Virus record (IMG/VR): IMGVR_UViG_3300012665_000087
Location: 1 to 24,693 of that record
Direction: 5' to 3' (one strand)
Origin: a virus
Lineage: Duplodnaviria > Caudoviricetes
Length of the DNA stretch: 24,693 nucleotides
The notes beneath the pieces were generated by a model, which searched no databases, was not told the origin of the DNA, and was given only the letters and a program-made list of their open reading frames with translations. Positions 1 through 9,149 of the stretch are shown here, one piece after another. A program made the translations under genes and the position numbers. Position 1 is the stretch's first letter; each line of letters begins with the position of its first letter.

Positions 1-1311
1 ACTAAAAGTTGCACCATTGGCACGATCACCAATGACTAATATGCTGTCATCACTGCTGTAGTTGATGCTGATATAAGATCCAAAGTCTTCAATGTCATCA
101 CTGATGGTTTGACTTAGACTCCATGTGCCACCGCTTTTTGCGTATTCATACAAATAAGTGTAGTCAGGTGGACTAGCGGCATCATCACCACTGAACACAA
201 TCATCTTATTTCCAGTAGAACTAATTTTTGTCTGCCATACAGTGTTAGTTCCACCATCTCCAGATGTTGCTGGATCAACAGTATGACTAGTTGACAGAGC
301 ATAGGTACTCCAACTATCCACTGCGATGTCTGAAATAATACTGGCATCCTGTGGAGTCACTGTTACGGTATAAGAATTTTCAATGTCACTGTATGGATCT
401 GCTGTGACATTGGTAATCTGTGGCTGATTAGTCACATCTGTTAGTGTGCCAGCCGTATATACACCAAGGCCTGTGGGTTGACTAATGTAAGCCTGTACCG
501 TAGCAGTCTGTGACACACTGTCAGCACTGGCATCTGGATTGGTACTGGTTAGTGCATAAGCATAGGTAAAGTTTGCAGTTGCACTACTGGTATAGGTAAC
601 ATTGATCTGTGCTAGATAAGTTTTAACATTGGCCAAAGATCCAGTTAGAGTCATAACTTTAGTAGTACCATTGAAACTACAAATGGGAGTTGGGTCAGCA
701 ATAGCAGGTGCCATTGTGCTGATGTAACTGGTTTGACTTGGAGTAATTGTTACTGTGTAAGTACCAGTTTTGTTGGTCAATATCTCTGGTGCAACTAACA
801 AATTTGTTCCGCTAGTTGTAAAATAAGTTGCAGGTGCTGGATCTTCTAAAATAACCACAGCCGCCACAGACACAGCCACTGTCCAACTTTGACTGCCTCC
901 ACCATACCAACTCACAGTCACAGTATAGGTAAATGATCCTGTGTAGCCAATGTTTAAATCAATTTGAGGACTCTTAATTGCTGTCCAATCGCTGACGCTG
1001 TCCCAGCCTGTGTAAACATACACATTGGCTGTGCTGGTGTTTAGACTAACACCACTGGGCAAACTATAACTGGCCACTGTGGCATTACCGCTGGCTGAAC
1101 GCAAATCAATAGTATAAGTTGCCGCCACAGTTGTGGGTTGTACTATGTCAATGACATTGATTCCCACAGGTACATTATGACTGTCTTTTTGTTCAAGACT
1201 GACAGTGCCATTATCTGGTACTGGTCTATCAAATATTAAATTTGGCAGTCTATTGTCAGTGTAACTTACTGATGTACTGCCGTATGAATTTAAATCACTT
1301 AAACTGTTCAT
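1..1311 (-). CDS. Tail tip/fibre protein (3' end truncated at window edge); Thr/Ser/Val-rich beta domains then beta-propeller-like repeats
   Basis: Not in the ORF track. ATG at 1311 overlaps the upstream stop (ATGA) and reads MNSLSDLNSYGSTSVSYTDNRLPNLIFDRP; the same frame reads ...YSSDDSILVIGDRANGATFS at position 1. I translated both ends, not every codon between. FG-GAP-like segments (YEYAKSGGTWSLSQTI, FGSYISIN). Lies downstream of the tail-tip genes. Confidence 0.75.
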   Translation of the reverse strand, partial: MNSLSDLNSYGSTSVSYTDNRLPNLIFDRPVPDNGTVSLEQKDSHNVPVGINVIDIVQPTTVAATYTIDLRSASGNATVASYSLPSGVSLNTSTANVYVYTGWDSVSDWTAIKSPQIDLNIGYTGSFTYTVTVSWYGGGSQSWTVAVSVAAVVILEDPAPATYFTTSGTNLLVAPEILTNKTGTYTVTITPSQTSYISTMAPAIADPTPICSFNGTTKVMTLTGSLANVKTYLAQINVTYTSSATANFTYAYALTSTNPDASADSVSQTATVQAYISQPTGLGVYTAGTLTDVTNQPQITNVTADPYSDIENSYTVTVTPQDASIISDIAVDSWSTYALSTSHTVDPATSGDGGTNTVWQTKISSTGNKMIVFSGDDAASPPDYTYLYEYAKSGGTWSLSQTISDDIEDFGSYISINYSSDDSILVIGDRANGATFS

Positions 1312-2087
1312 GATGCGTAGATTCCTGTGTAGTTGATGCCTGCTCCGTATCTTGTGTTGGTCATGTAATCATATAAACAATCACCAGGCTGATTCATTGA
1401 ATTTTCAAGATCAAAGCGTAGATCACCTAGACCTTTGATGTTGGCACTGGCATTGTAGTCCACACGCACAATAGCAAATATTAAGTCACTCATGGTATGA
1501 TTGCTGGTCCATCCTGGCATTACACTATAAGCATTGGGCACACTACCTGAATATGGGTAAGGCACAACACCTGCTGTGCTACTGCCGTTGTAGCAGTAAA
1601 CTTTTATGTTGCCCGCCATGTCAGTATTATAATTGCCTTCTCTGTCTACCCAACCTGACACTGTGATACCATCACTGGCAAACTTTAAAGCACAGTCATC
1701 CCAGTAGATATTTTTAAAAGAGAATGCGCTTTGCGCACTGTCACTCAATTTTACGCCTGTCTTTTCACAAAGCGTAATGCAATAAAACATTGTTCTATTG
1801 CCATTGGTCAATTGTGCATCTGTGATTATACCACCCAATGCGGCACGGCCATATACCACAGGAACTCTAGCATTGGGATCAGGATCGTATTGCAGCCTTA
1901 CCCCAGGATCCACAGTGGCTGTGGTGGCCTGCTGTGGCTGTTCATTGCTTTTGTTTATGCTACTGACAACTTGATTAAGTGCAAAGCCAGTAAGTGCTGT
2001 GCGAGCCAACTGTCCGCCTAGACTAGGACCAGTAAAGAAATCGTAGACTCCGCCAGCAACATCTAATACATCATCTAAGAAACTCAT
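1308..2087 (-). CDS. Tail tip/hub protein resembling the N-terminal part of lambda gpJ/TipJ-like proteins
   Basis: Motifs VPVVYGR and NQPGDCLYDYMTNTRYGAG are typical of TipJ-like N-terminal regions; third gene after tape measure. Confidence 0.7.
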   Translation of the reverse strand: MSFLDDVLDVAGGVYDFFTGPSLGGQLARTALTGFALNQVVSSINKSNEQPQQATTATVDPGVRLQYDPDPNARVPVVYGRAALGGIITDAQLTNGNRTMFYCITLCEKTGVKLSDSAQSAFSFKNIYWDDCALKFASDGITVSGWVDREGNYNTDMAGNIKVYCYNGSSTAGVVPYPYSGSVPNAYSVMPGWTSNHTMSDLIFAIVRVDYNASANIKGLGDLRFDLENSMNQPGDCLYDYMTNTRYGAGINYTGIYAS

Positions 2088-2692
2088 TATGGTGCTCCAA
2101 AGTTAAAGTTTGCACCCACAAGATTAGGCACACGATCCATGCTTAGATCTGAACTATAAAAGAACTTTTGGCTAGTAGGATTTGTCTTGCGTCCAGCAAT
2201 CTTATTATTAAGAATATCCAACACACTGGAACAGACCAATGCTAGTGTATTAGAACTACGGCGTGTTTGAATATCATATTCTTCTTCAATGGTGTAGTTG
2301 TCTACAATGCCAAAGAAGCGTCCCACAGGATTGCCTGAGATAGCCAAAGCCGCACCTGTTTCTGCATTGAACATCACGCGATAAACTTCCACAGGACACC
2401 CTTTAATTCTACTATTAACAATTTCTGCAATGCTGGTATCTGGAATGCCACTGATAGTAATGGTGATACTGCCACTGCTGTTGCGTAGTTCACTGGTAGT
2501 TGTGCTGATACCTACTAACTTACCCAAGCCAAGATACTGTTCGCCACCTATGGATACATCCTGAATATAGTCACTGAAGCGTAACACTTGATTAGTAGGA
2601 GTTGCACTAGGTGTGTCTTTATAATATTCAACATCTATTCTAGCAAATAGGCCTGTGGCAACGCTGGTATATGAACTTAAATCAATAGGCAT
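2087..2692 (-). CDS. Baseplate hub / minor tail protein (gpL-like position)
   Basis: YLGLGKLVGIS...ITITISGI...GRFFGIVDNY pattern; second gene after tape measure; 1-nt stop/start overlaps on both sides. Confidence 0.65.
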   Translation of the reverse strand: MPIDLSSYTSVATGLFARIDVEYYKDTPSATPTNQVLRFSDYIQDVSIGGEQYLGLGKLVGISTTTSELRNSSGSITITISGIPDTSIAEIVNSRIKGCPVEVYRVMFNAETGAALAISGNPVGRFFGIVDNYTIEEEYDIQTRRSSNTLALVCSSVLDILNNKIAGRKTNPTSQKFFYSSDLSMDRVPNLVGANFNFGAP

Positions 2693-3309
2693 TAGATTAC
2701 CTCACTGAATACAAATGGTCCGCTCCAACTTACTTGATCTCTGGCCATTAAATTCCATGTGGGAAAGTCTGTACAAGTCACAGTAAACACACAGTTTGGG
2801 CCTACTACCAACTGTCCAGGACTGGCACGAGTTGCTTCTAATATAGGACGATGTAGATATACTGTGTTAGAAACACTGCTGACATCAGCAGCCACACTGT
2901 AAACTTTACCTGCACTGGTTAATTGAATCAAGTCGCCTGCACGGAATTTATATCCTGTGGCAGTAGTAGGACTTGTGGTCAATGTAATAAAGTTTTCACC
3001 TTTGGTCCATGTGGCATAAAATCCTGTGTAGTTTACGCTGTTACCTTGATATTCACTGAACCAACTTAGTCCACTGGCATTAAACTGAATGTTTGCACTG
3101 GTAACACGACCTAATGCTTCTGCTTTGGCCACATTAATTCTAAGATCAGTCCAACGAGGACCATCAGGATACTTTACTTCAAAGCGCCAAGGTGCGGCGC
3201 CACGACTTACACTACGCACAATACCACTGCGACTAGTGGTCTGTGCTGTTACTGGTTTACGCTCCACACTCATTGTTTCAGCGTTGTCTATAATCCATTG
3301 AAAACTCAT
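2692..3309 (-). CDS. Distal tail (Dit)-like minor tail protein
   Basis: Directly follows tape measure; TTSRSG...WRFEV and FRAGDLIQ motifs; terminal FVFSEVI strand. Confidence 0.65.
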   Translation of the reverse strand: MSFQWIIDNAETMSVERKPVTAQTTSRSGIVRSVSRGAAPWRFEVKYPDGPRWTDLRINVAKAEALGRVTSANIQFNASGLSWFSEYQGNSVNYTGFYATWTKGENFITLTTSPTTATGYKFRAGDLIQLTSAGKVYSVAADVSSVSNTVYLHRPILEATRASPGQLVVGPNCVFTVTCTDFPTWNLMARDQVSWSGPFVFSEVI

Positions 3310-3311
3310 TT

Positions 3312-5747
3312 TTATCTCCTACCTGGAATTGCACTGGCACCTTGCATGGCCACTGCGTGTATAAAACTTGGGTCAGCGGCAATCATGGCTTTGAAACTCT
3401 GTGCATCTACAGCATTAATATTGTAAGTTACATTCTGTCCACCACCGCCCATTGGAGTAATTGTGGCTGGTCCACTGATTAATTCAGGACCCATCTCACC
3501 AGCAATACCCCACTTGCCTGCACCTAGTGTACCACCATTGGCAAAGAATCCACCAAAGAAGTCTGTGATACCACTCCAAGCATTGCTGATACTTTCACCA
3601 ATGCCACCAAATATGTTACTAATTCCCTGACTGGCTCCACCAAAGCCACCACCTGATGCCATACCTGGAACGCCACCGTAGCCACCGCCTCCAGCAACAT
3701 CATACACATACATTGGATTGTTAGCACTCTGTCCTACAGTAGATCCACCACCTAGGCCACCAAATAGACTGCCTAGGCCTGTCATTTGAAATAATCCAGC
3801 CATGGTCTGTTGTATCTGACTGCGTAACAATGTTTCCAGCATATCAGACACAAAGTTCTTCCATTCAAACTTACCAGTCTTGGCAAAATTTACTATTAGG
3901 TCTTCTAGGCCAGATGTTAGTTTACTGAAAATCTTCTGTGCTTGTTGTGCGGCATTGGTAGCATTGTCCACATATTCACGGAATGCTTTGTTCCATCCAC
4001 TGCTGAATGAACGAGACTGTTCATAGTTTTTACGAATCACAGCCTGTTGAGCCTGAACATTGCGATCATAGATAGTTTGTAATCTATTGCTTTCTTCTTC
4101 ACTTCTTTTTAAGAATTCATTTTCAGGTAAGTTACGATTTTCAATGGCAAAACGAGCCATTGCTGCCTTGGCCACTCTATTTTCTGCTACTTCAATTTGT
4201 TTTAATTGACGCTCAATGCCACCTAGTGTGTCTAATAAGTATTGATCTTGTAAGTCAGCAACTTTGTTCTGTATGTCAGCAATGGCTTCCATGTCTTGAA
4301 CACGCTGTTTGTCTAACTTGGCAATTTCTTGTTTGGCTGCTATTTCACTTTGTGTGGTTTTTAGTATTTCATCTCTACGAGTGGTGATGCGAGCAATCTC
4401 AGCATCAATCTCAGCATTGAGTTTGCCTTGTCCTTCAAGACGTTTTTGATTTAATTTTTCAACAGCACTGTCAGCCTCTTCCATAGCAGCCTGTACTGCT
4501 TTGTATGCTTCACGCTGATCCTCTGTCATGAGAATCATTGCGGCTTCATCTTTTATTTTCTTCAGTGATTTTTCACTGCTCTTTAAGTAAGCATCGCCAA
4601 TGTCTATAATTGCTTGACGCTGTTTTTGTAGTGCATCAATTACTTTACGAGCCGCTGATGCTTGTTCTTCTTGAGACTGTTTTGCTAATTTGGCTGCTTC
4701 TACAGCCGCTTTGTGTTTACTGAGTTCTTCTGTGTCTGCATCACCGCCTGAAAAGGCCATCTTGGTTCCTGCGGCCACTGCGGCTCCAGTGCCAAAACCC
4801 AGTGCAAGTTTTGCACCTTCGCTGAGTCCACTGAACGCTCTGGCAATAGCACCAACTCTGCCAGGCATTTTTTTAAGTCTATCTGCAATATCGTCAAGAT
4901 AGTTTGTAAATTTTAATAAAGTTCCTACGCTGAATACACCAATAATTGTTAGGCCTAAGGCTCTAAAAATATTAGTAACATCAGGTATACTTTTTAATAA
5001 AGAATTTAATCCTTCAAACATTGGACCAAATGCTTTAATAAATTGAAGTTGAAGTTCTTTAAAAGTTTCTGAAAAACGATCATTAAGTTCAGCGGCTTTT
5101 CTAATTTCCTCTGCCATGGCCTTGGATTTTTCAGTGCCAGCATCTAAGGTTGCTAAGAATTCTCCATTGATAGTAACACCACGGAATGATTTGCCCAACA
5201 AGTCTGCTTGTATAGCAGTCTTCTGTGCTGACTCTGGCATCTTAGCCAATGCTTCAATAGTCTTACGGAATAGACCTTGCTCACTTAAATTGCGTAGATC
5301 ATTTAATGTGATGCCTAACTTGGCAAAACTGTCCTGTGTATTTTCACTGCCCTGTGCGGCTTGATCAATGCTTTGATAGAATGTTAATAATGACTTGTCT
5401 GCATCATCAGCACTGCCACCCATGGCAGTCATAGCACTGCGTAGGCCTATAATCTTTTCAATGGCAAAGCCAGTGCTGTTACTTAAATCACTGACTGAAT
5501 CAGCCATTTGTAATGCACTGCGAGCAAAGCCTATAAATGCCGCTCCAGCCAACACACCTGACAGTTTACTAAACATTCCGCTGAGTGCAGAAGTTTTATT
5601 TTTTAGATCATCAAATGCACCACCTACTCGCTTGGCATCAGCAGTGGCACTGTTGGCAAAGTTTTTAGTTGCCTGTTCTGCTTGATTGATACCGCCAACA
5701 AATCGTTGATTATCAATCTCTAAGATAATTTTAATATTATTTGCCAC
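3312..5747 (-). CDS. Tail tape measure protein
   Basis: 811 aa, GTG start, Ala/Lys/Glu-rich helical; lambda-type C-terminal region (GWNKAFREYVDNA...LEDLIVNFAKTGKFEWKNFVSDML) and FANGG...GEMGPELI tail; downstream of the tail chaperones. Confidence 0.93.
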   Translation of the reverse strand: MANNIKIILEIDNQRFVGGINQAEQATKNFANSATADAKRVGGAFDDLKNKTSALSGMFSKLSGVLAGAAFIGFARSALQMADSVSDLSNSTGFAIEKIIGLRSAMTAMGGSADDADKSLLTFYQSIDQAAQGSENTQDSFAKLGITLNDLRNLSEQGLFRKTIEALAKMPESAQKTAIQADLLGKSFRGVTINGEFLATLDAGTEKSKAMAEEIRKAAELNDRFSETFKELQLQFIKAFGPMFEGLNSLLKSIPDVTNIFRALGLTIIGVFSVGTLLKFTNYLDDIADRLKKMPGRVGAIARAFSGLSEGAKLALGFGTGAAVAAGTKMAFSGGDADTEELSKHKAAVEAAKLAKQSQEEQASAARKVIDALQKQRQAIIDIGDAYLKSSEKSLKKIKDEAAMILMTEDQREAYKAVQAAMEEADSAVEKLNQKRLEGQGKLNAEIDAEIARITTRRDEILKTTQSEIAAKQEIAKLDKQRVQDMEAIADIQNKVADLQDQYLLDTLGGIERQLKQIEVAENRVAKAAMARFAIENRNLPENEFLKRSEEESNRLQTIYDRNVQAQQAVIRKNYEQSRSFSSGWNKAFREYVDNATNAAQQAQKIFSKLTSGLEDLIVNFAKTGKFEWKNFVSDMLETLLRSQIQQTMAGLFQMTGLGSLFGGLGGGSTVGQSANNPMYVYDVAGGGGYGGVPGMASGGGFGGASQGISNIFGGIGESISNAWSGITDFFGGFFANGGTLGAGKWGIAGEMGPELISGPATITPMGGGGQNVTYNINAVDAQSFKAMIAADPSFIHAVAMQGASAIPGRR

Positions 5748-6042
5748 CGTTTATTCTCCTTAACGCTCGTGGTATCAATACATTTTGAATGTGGTCTTCA
5801 GTAGGACCAGTCATACCTTCAGGACTTTGTTTGCTCCATCCTTCATCTAATCTCTGTGCGTATGCGTAGTCTGCAACAATCTTATTATTGTTTAATAAGT
5901 CAGTGTTGCGTCTAGCATTGCCAGTACGAATAGGGGTTTCTTTGACAAAAAACTTATGTGCATCAACGGCTAGGCGATCTGCTTCTTTCTTAGCACTATC
6001 AACTACCTTGTTGAACCCCTTGGTGTCAAATTTTATTTTCAT
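5737..6042 (-). CDS. HK97 gp10-like tail completion/neck protein
   Basis: ETPIRTGNARRN and YAQRLDEGWSKQSPEGM resemble the TPxxTGxxRxS / YAxxLExGxSxQAPxG motifs of this family. Confidence 0.7.
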   Translation of the reverse strand: MKIKFDTKGFNKVVDSAKKEADRLAVDAHKFFVKETPIRTGNARRNTDLLNNNKIVADYAYAQRLDEGWSKQSPEGMTGPTEDHIQNVLIPRALRRINGGK

Positions 6043-6304
6043 CTTTTCTCGCTCTCACCCTATCTATCATGGCCTGCATTTCTTTTTGGCTCAGTTTAGG
6101 AGCGGGTGGTGCTCCTAGTGTGCCTGAATGCTTTTTATTCAGATAGTTTTCATAACCTATGGCTATTTCTGCTATCCAAATATCTAAACTGCTACCACTG
6201 CGTAACACTTCGCTGGGCAGTTTGCCGTATCGCTTGCTAATAAAATCCAGCGTCAACCAAGTGTTTAAGTGGTTGTCTATTACTTCGTAGTTGACGCCTG
6301 GGGC
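6026..6304 (-). CDS. Tail assembly chaperone C-terminal extension (gpT-like), probably expressed by -1 frameshift
   Basis: The -1 frame is open from the GGGAAAG heptamer (6304-6310) to the stop at 6026. The track's TTG start at 6256 has no evident RBS. KRYGKLPSEVL resembles gpT-like segments. Confidence 0.8.
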   Translation of the reverse strand, partial: APGVNYEVIDNHLNTWLTLDFISKRYGKLPSEVLRSGSSLDIWIAEIAIGYENYLNKKHSGTLGAPPAPKLSQKEMQAMIDRVRARKDENKI

Positions 6305-6594
6305 TTTCCCAAGATTTCAACTACTTTCTGAATTGCCTTGACCATTACGGCTGTGGGCAATGTCAATCCATCTTTTACAATTACTGTGCCATCTTCATCA
6401 AGAATCATAGCGTTGACCAAACTCGCTAGTTTGTCAAACTGTGTGGTATCCATTGTGGCTAATTTTACAAAGGTATCCATGTCTTGACGATCGTAGATCC
6501 AGAATTCAAGTTCACCGTATTCATCTACAGTTTCTTGATCATCTAATACTACTTTGATCAGTTGTGGTTTTGCGGCTAGTTGGCTTAATTTCAT
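6280..6594 (-). CDS. Tail assembly chaperone (gpG-like)
   Basis: 104-aa acidic protein between tail tube and tape measure; AGGAG RBS; ends with a slippery heptamer at the Gly-Lys codons. Confidence 0.82.
   Translation of the reverse strand: MKLSQLAAKPQLIKVVLDDQETVDEYGELEFWIYDRQDMDTFVKLATMDTTQFDKLASLVNAMILDEDGTVIVKDGLTLPTAVMVKAIQKVVEILGKPQASTTK
6304..6310 (-). other. Programmed -1 ribosomal frameshift site G GGA AAG
   Basis: Minus strand reads TTG GGA AAG CCC, an XXXYYYZ heptamer in the correct phase and identical to the lambda G/GT site. Confidence 0.85.
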
Positions 6595-6597
6595 CAG

Positions 6598-6771
6598 TTA
6601 ATCTCCTTGTCTTTCAATCAGTGTGTTGGCTACTAGTATGCAGAACTTTAGTCTGCCCTGTGCCTTGTCTAAATCTTTACGAGCGCAAGTCACTTCATTC
6701 TGTGCCTTGGCTATTTCTGCTAAGAGGCTTTGCTGTAACTCTTGATCTGTTTTGTTATCTAATAAATCCAT
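6598..6771 (-). CDS. Small coiled-coil hypothetical protein (57 aa)
   Basis: Not in the track. MDLLDNKTDQELQQSLLAEIAKAQNEVTCARKDLDKAQGRLKFCILVANTLIERQGD; RBS AGAGGAAG; fills the gap exactly and ends 3 nt before the chaperone start. Confidence 0.75.
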   Translation of the reverse strand: MDLLDNKTDQELQQSLLAEIAKAQNEVTCARKDLDKAQGRLKFCILVANTLIERQGD

Positions 6772-6789
6772 CAATCTTCCTCTACTTGA

Positions 6790-6795
6790 TATTTA
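6790..6795 (-). promoter_or_regulatory. TAAATA late-promoter-like motif
   Basis: GTTAAATATC on the minus strand, just downstream of a terminator and 18 nt before the ATG at 6771. Confidence 0.6.
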
Positions 6796-6804
6796 ACCTA
6801 AGTG

Positions 6805-6830
6805 AAAAAAATAGGGAGCAAAATGCTCCC
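6805..6830 (-). terminator. Rho-independent terminator after the major tail gene
   Basis: Minus strand GGGAGCA-TTT-TGCTCCC-TATTTTTTT. Confidence 0.85.
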
Positions 6831-6861
6831 CATTTAGTGATCCGCTCCCGTCCTTGTGGGA

Positions 6862-7353
6862 TTAGGTTGCGGCTACTGTGTACTCACCAGAAACAGTAAT
6901 AGTAATTGGTGATACCCATACTGGACTATCAGCACTTACAGTTGGTGCCAAGCCAGTAACATAACCAACACCCTTGATAAGTGTGTCAGTGGTACTGTTT
7001 TCAACTCTAATGATAAAGTTTACTAAAGTCTTGTTACGTGAACATCCAAATACACCTTGCTCTGCAATAGTGCCTGTGATTGCCGCATCTGTATCAGTAC
7101 CAAAGAAAGTTGCTGTGTCAACAACAAGGTTCATTGAAATACTGTTTGTAGATGTGGTAGCCACTTGCTTCTTGGCAGTGCTGTCTAATTGGCTCCATGT
7201 GAACACATCGTTAGATGCGTTGATTGTCATGTCTTGTAGACCAGGAATGCTTAAAGCACCTACGCCTTGAGTAATATCTGTTTCACTAGATGCTACATCA
7301 AGAGTTAAGGTTACTTGGTTTGCGGTACCTGGAGCTGGGTTAATATACGCCAT
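6862..7353 (-). CDS. Major tail (tube) protein
   Basis: 163 aa, beta-rich; GVGYVTGLAPTVSADSPVWVSPITITVSG C-terminus typical of siphovirus tail tubes; AGGAG RBS; followed by a terminator. Confidence 0.85.
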   Translation of the reverse strand: MAYINPAPGTANQVTLTLDVASSETDITQGVGALSIPGLQDMTINASNDVFTWSQLDSTAKKQVATTSTNSISMNLVVDTATFFGTDTDAAITGTIAEQGVFGCSRNKTLVNFIIRVENSTTDTLIKGVGYVTGLAPTVSADSPVWVSPITITVSGEYTVAAT

Positions 7354-7364
7354 GTTGGCTCTCC

Positions 7365-7754
7365 TTATAATATATTGGTAAATCTAAATTCTAATTCAGT
7401 AAGCAATACATCATTTTCATAACTGCTTAGAACTGTACACTCTCTGCGATTTGCTGAGACTGTACTGATGTTCTTAGCGGCTTTTACTTCTGTGATCACT
7501 TGATCTAAATTAGGTGGGCTTTGTTTAGCATCACATGCTAGGTAAACTGTGACAGTAGTCACCTCTGATGGTATGTCAAGTCCGTCAAAAGTGGTTATCA
7601 ATGGCACTGATTCAATAGATTCAGAACTAGCATAAACTTTTTTCAAGTTTTTGATGTACAGTGGAACTCCATTTTCACTCCAAGGCTGTTCTCTAGTAAC
7701 AGTAAATGTTCCTAGGTTCTGGCTTTGTAGATAATCTAAGATCTCTGTTCTCAT
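7365..7754 (-). CDS. Tail terminator / head-tail joining protein
   Basis: 129 aa immediately before the tail tube gene; terminal ELEFRF strand. The call rests mainly on position. Confidence 0.55.
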   Translation of the reverse strand: MRTEILDYLQSQNLGTFTVTREQPWSENGVPLYIKNLKKVYASSESIESVPLITTFDGLDIPSEVTTVTVYLACDAKQSPPNLDQVITEVKAAKNISTVSANRRECTVLSSYENDVLLTELEFRFTNIL

Positions 7755-8260
7755 CTGACTCTTCTTAAGTTAAACTGTCCAGGCTGTTTCTCTGCTGATG
7801 TGATTGTGTCATTATCATCAAAGTCATACCAATCGCCAGCACTGATAAGTTCACCAAAAAGTGCATCTGCTCGCTGTGCATAGTAACCCATCTTCTTACG
7901 CTCTGCTGAGTCTTCGTTGCCAAAGTCAGCAATAATAGGAAGAATGAATTCGTGCATGGCTGTGTAGATACACAAGTCAGTAAAATCATTTTCTCTGGCT
8001 TTGATTCTATTAGGATCTAATGCTGGGATATCCGCTGATGTAAGATAAGAAGTGGATCCATCACGATTTACATAGTAATTTCTCCACCACGCACTGGCAC
8101 GCAACTGTGCAAGTATACGTTCAGTGGCTCTTATCAATGCGTTCTCAACTGTTTCATCAGAAAGCCCTTCATTGCCGTCAAACAAGCGTTGGTCTTTTTG
8201 GACCACATCCTGGAATTCAGCAAAACTCACTACTGTAGAATTTTCAATTATGAAGGGCAT
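7751..8260 (-). CDS. Head-to-tail adaptor/connector
   Basis: Directly after the capsid gene; helical with ALIRATERI motif; GGAG RBS. Confidence 0.65.
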   Translation of the reverse strand: MPFIIENSTVVSFAEFQDVVQKDQRLFDGNEGLSDETVENALIRATERILAQLRASAWWRNYYVNRDGSTSYLTSADIPALDPNRIKARENDFTDLCIYTAMHEFILPIIADFGNEDSAERKKMGYYAQRADALFGELISAGDWYDFDDNDTITSAEKQPGQFNLRRVR

Positions 8261-8274
8261 CGTCAGTCTCCTAA

Positions 8275-9129
8275 TTAGATGCTTGAGTCGTATTTCAAAT
8301 AACGACCTAAACCGTCTTGTAGTTCACCAACACCATAGTGGCAAGATGCAACAACTTCAGTGCTCAAGTAGTCAATACGACGAGCAGTTTCAATATTAAC
8401 ATCACCAATCATAGCAAGACCTAGTGCATCACGATGGAACACAGCACCTGGGAAGTCACCAGCGTTTGTGTCATAGTCAATGTTAGATGTTTCATAAACT
8501 GCAACACCTGCTAGGTTACCTACATAACCTTCAATCATTGCTTGGTTAGCCGCATCACCAAAAGCACCTGCTGTGAAAGCCACGTTACCGTTAGTTGTCA
8601 ATGCTTTCTTCAAGTCAAAAGCGATTTCTGGGTGTAATACGCAGACCATTCCGTCTGGAGCAACACCAGCACCGCGCAACTTAGCAACAGCAGTGAAGAT
8701 TGCTTCAGCAGTGATTTGACCAGAGTAATCACCAGTACCTGCACTGAAACCAGCGAACAATGCTGTTAAGTCTTTGTCAATCTTACGTGCAATACCTTCA
8801 CCAAATAAACGGCCAAGATCTGCAACTACGTTGCTGGCACTGCCTGCAACTGACAAGTCACTAACCATAGTACGGATAGCGTTAGTAGCCACAGTCAATG
8901 TAGCACCGCTTGTGCTAACTGCTGTGTTAGACACGATATCACCTTCAGTGATTGCTGCCGCTGAAATCTGTGGGTACACAGGTACAGTAACAGTCTTACC
9001 TTGTCCAGCGGACAAAGTATAATTTCTTACGAGACCGCGCATAATAGAACGCTCGTTTGCTACAAACATCGCTTCTGCAACGATACTTGGTAGCAAGTCA
9101 TTTAATGTTGTTGTGGTTGAACCAGCCAT
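8275..9129 (-). CDS. Major capsid protein (HK97 fold)
   Basis: GKTVTVP, GIARKIDKDL, VLHPEIAFDL, VGNLAGVAVYETSN, VFHRDALGLA and YGVGEL motifs; AGGAG RBS; follows the scaffold gene. Confidence 0.93.
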   Translation of the reverse strand: MAGSTTTTLNDLLPSIVAEAMFVANERSIMRGLVRNYTLSAGQGKTVTVPVYPQISAAAITEGDIVSNTAVSTSGATLTVATNAIRTMVSDLSVAGSASNVVADLGRLFGEGIARKIDKDLTALFAGFSAGTGDYSGQITAEAIFTAVAKLRGAGVAPDGMVCVLHPEIAFDLKKALTTNGNVAFTAGAFGDAANQAMIEGYVGNLAGVAVYETSNIDYDTNAGDFPGAVFHRDALGLAMIGDVNIETARRIDYLSTEVVASCHYGVGELQDGLGRYLKYDSSI

Positions 9130-9149
9130 AATAAATCTCCTTGATAATG

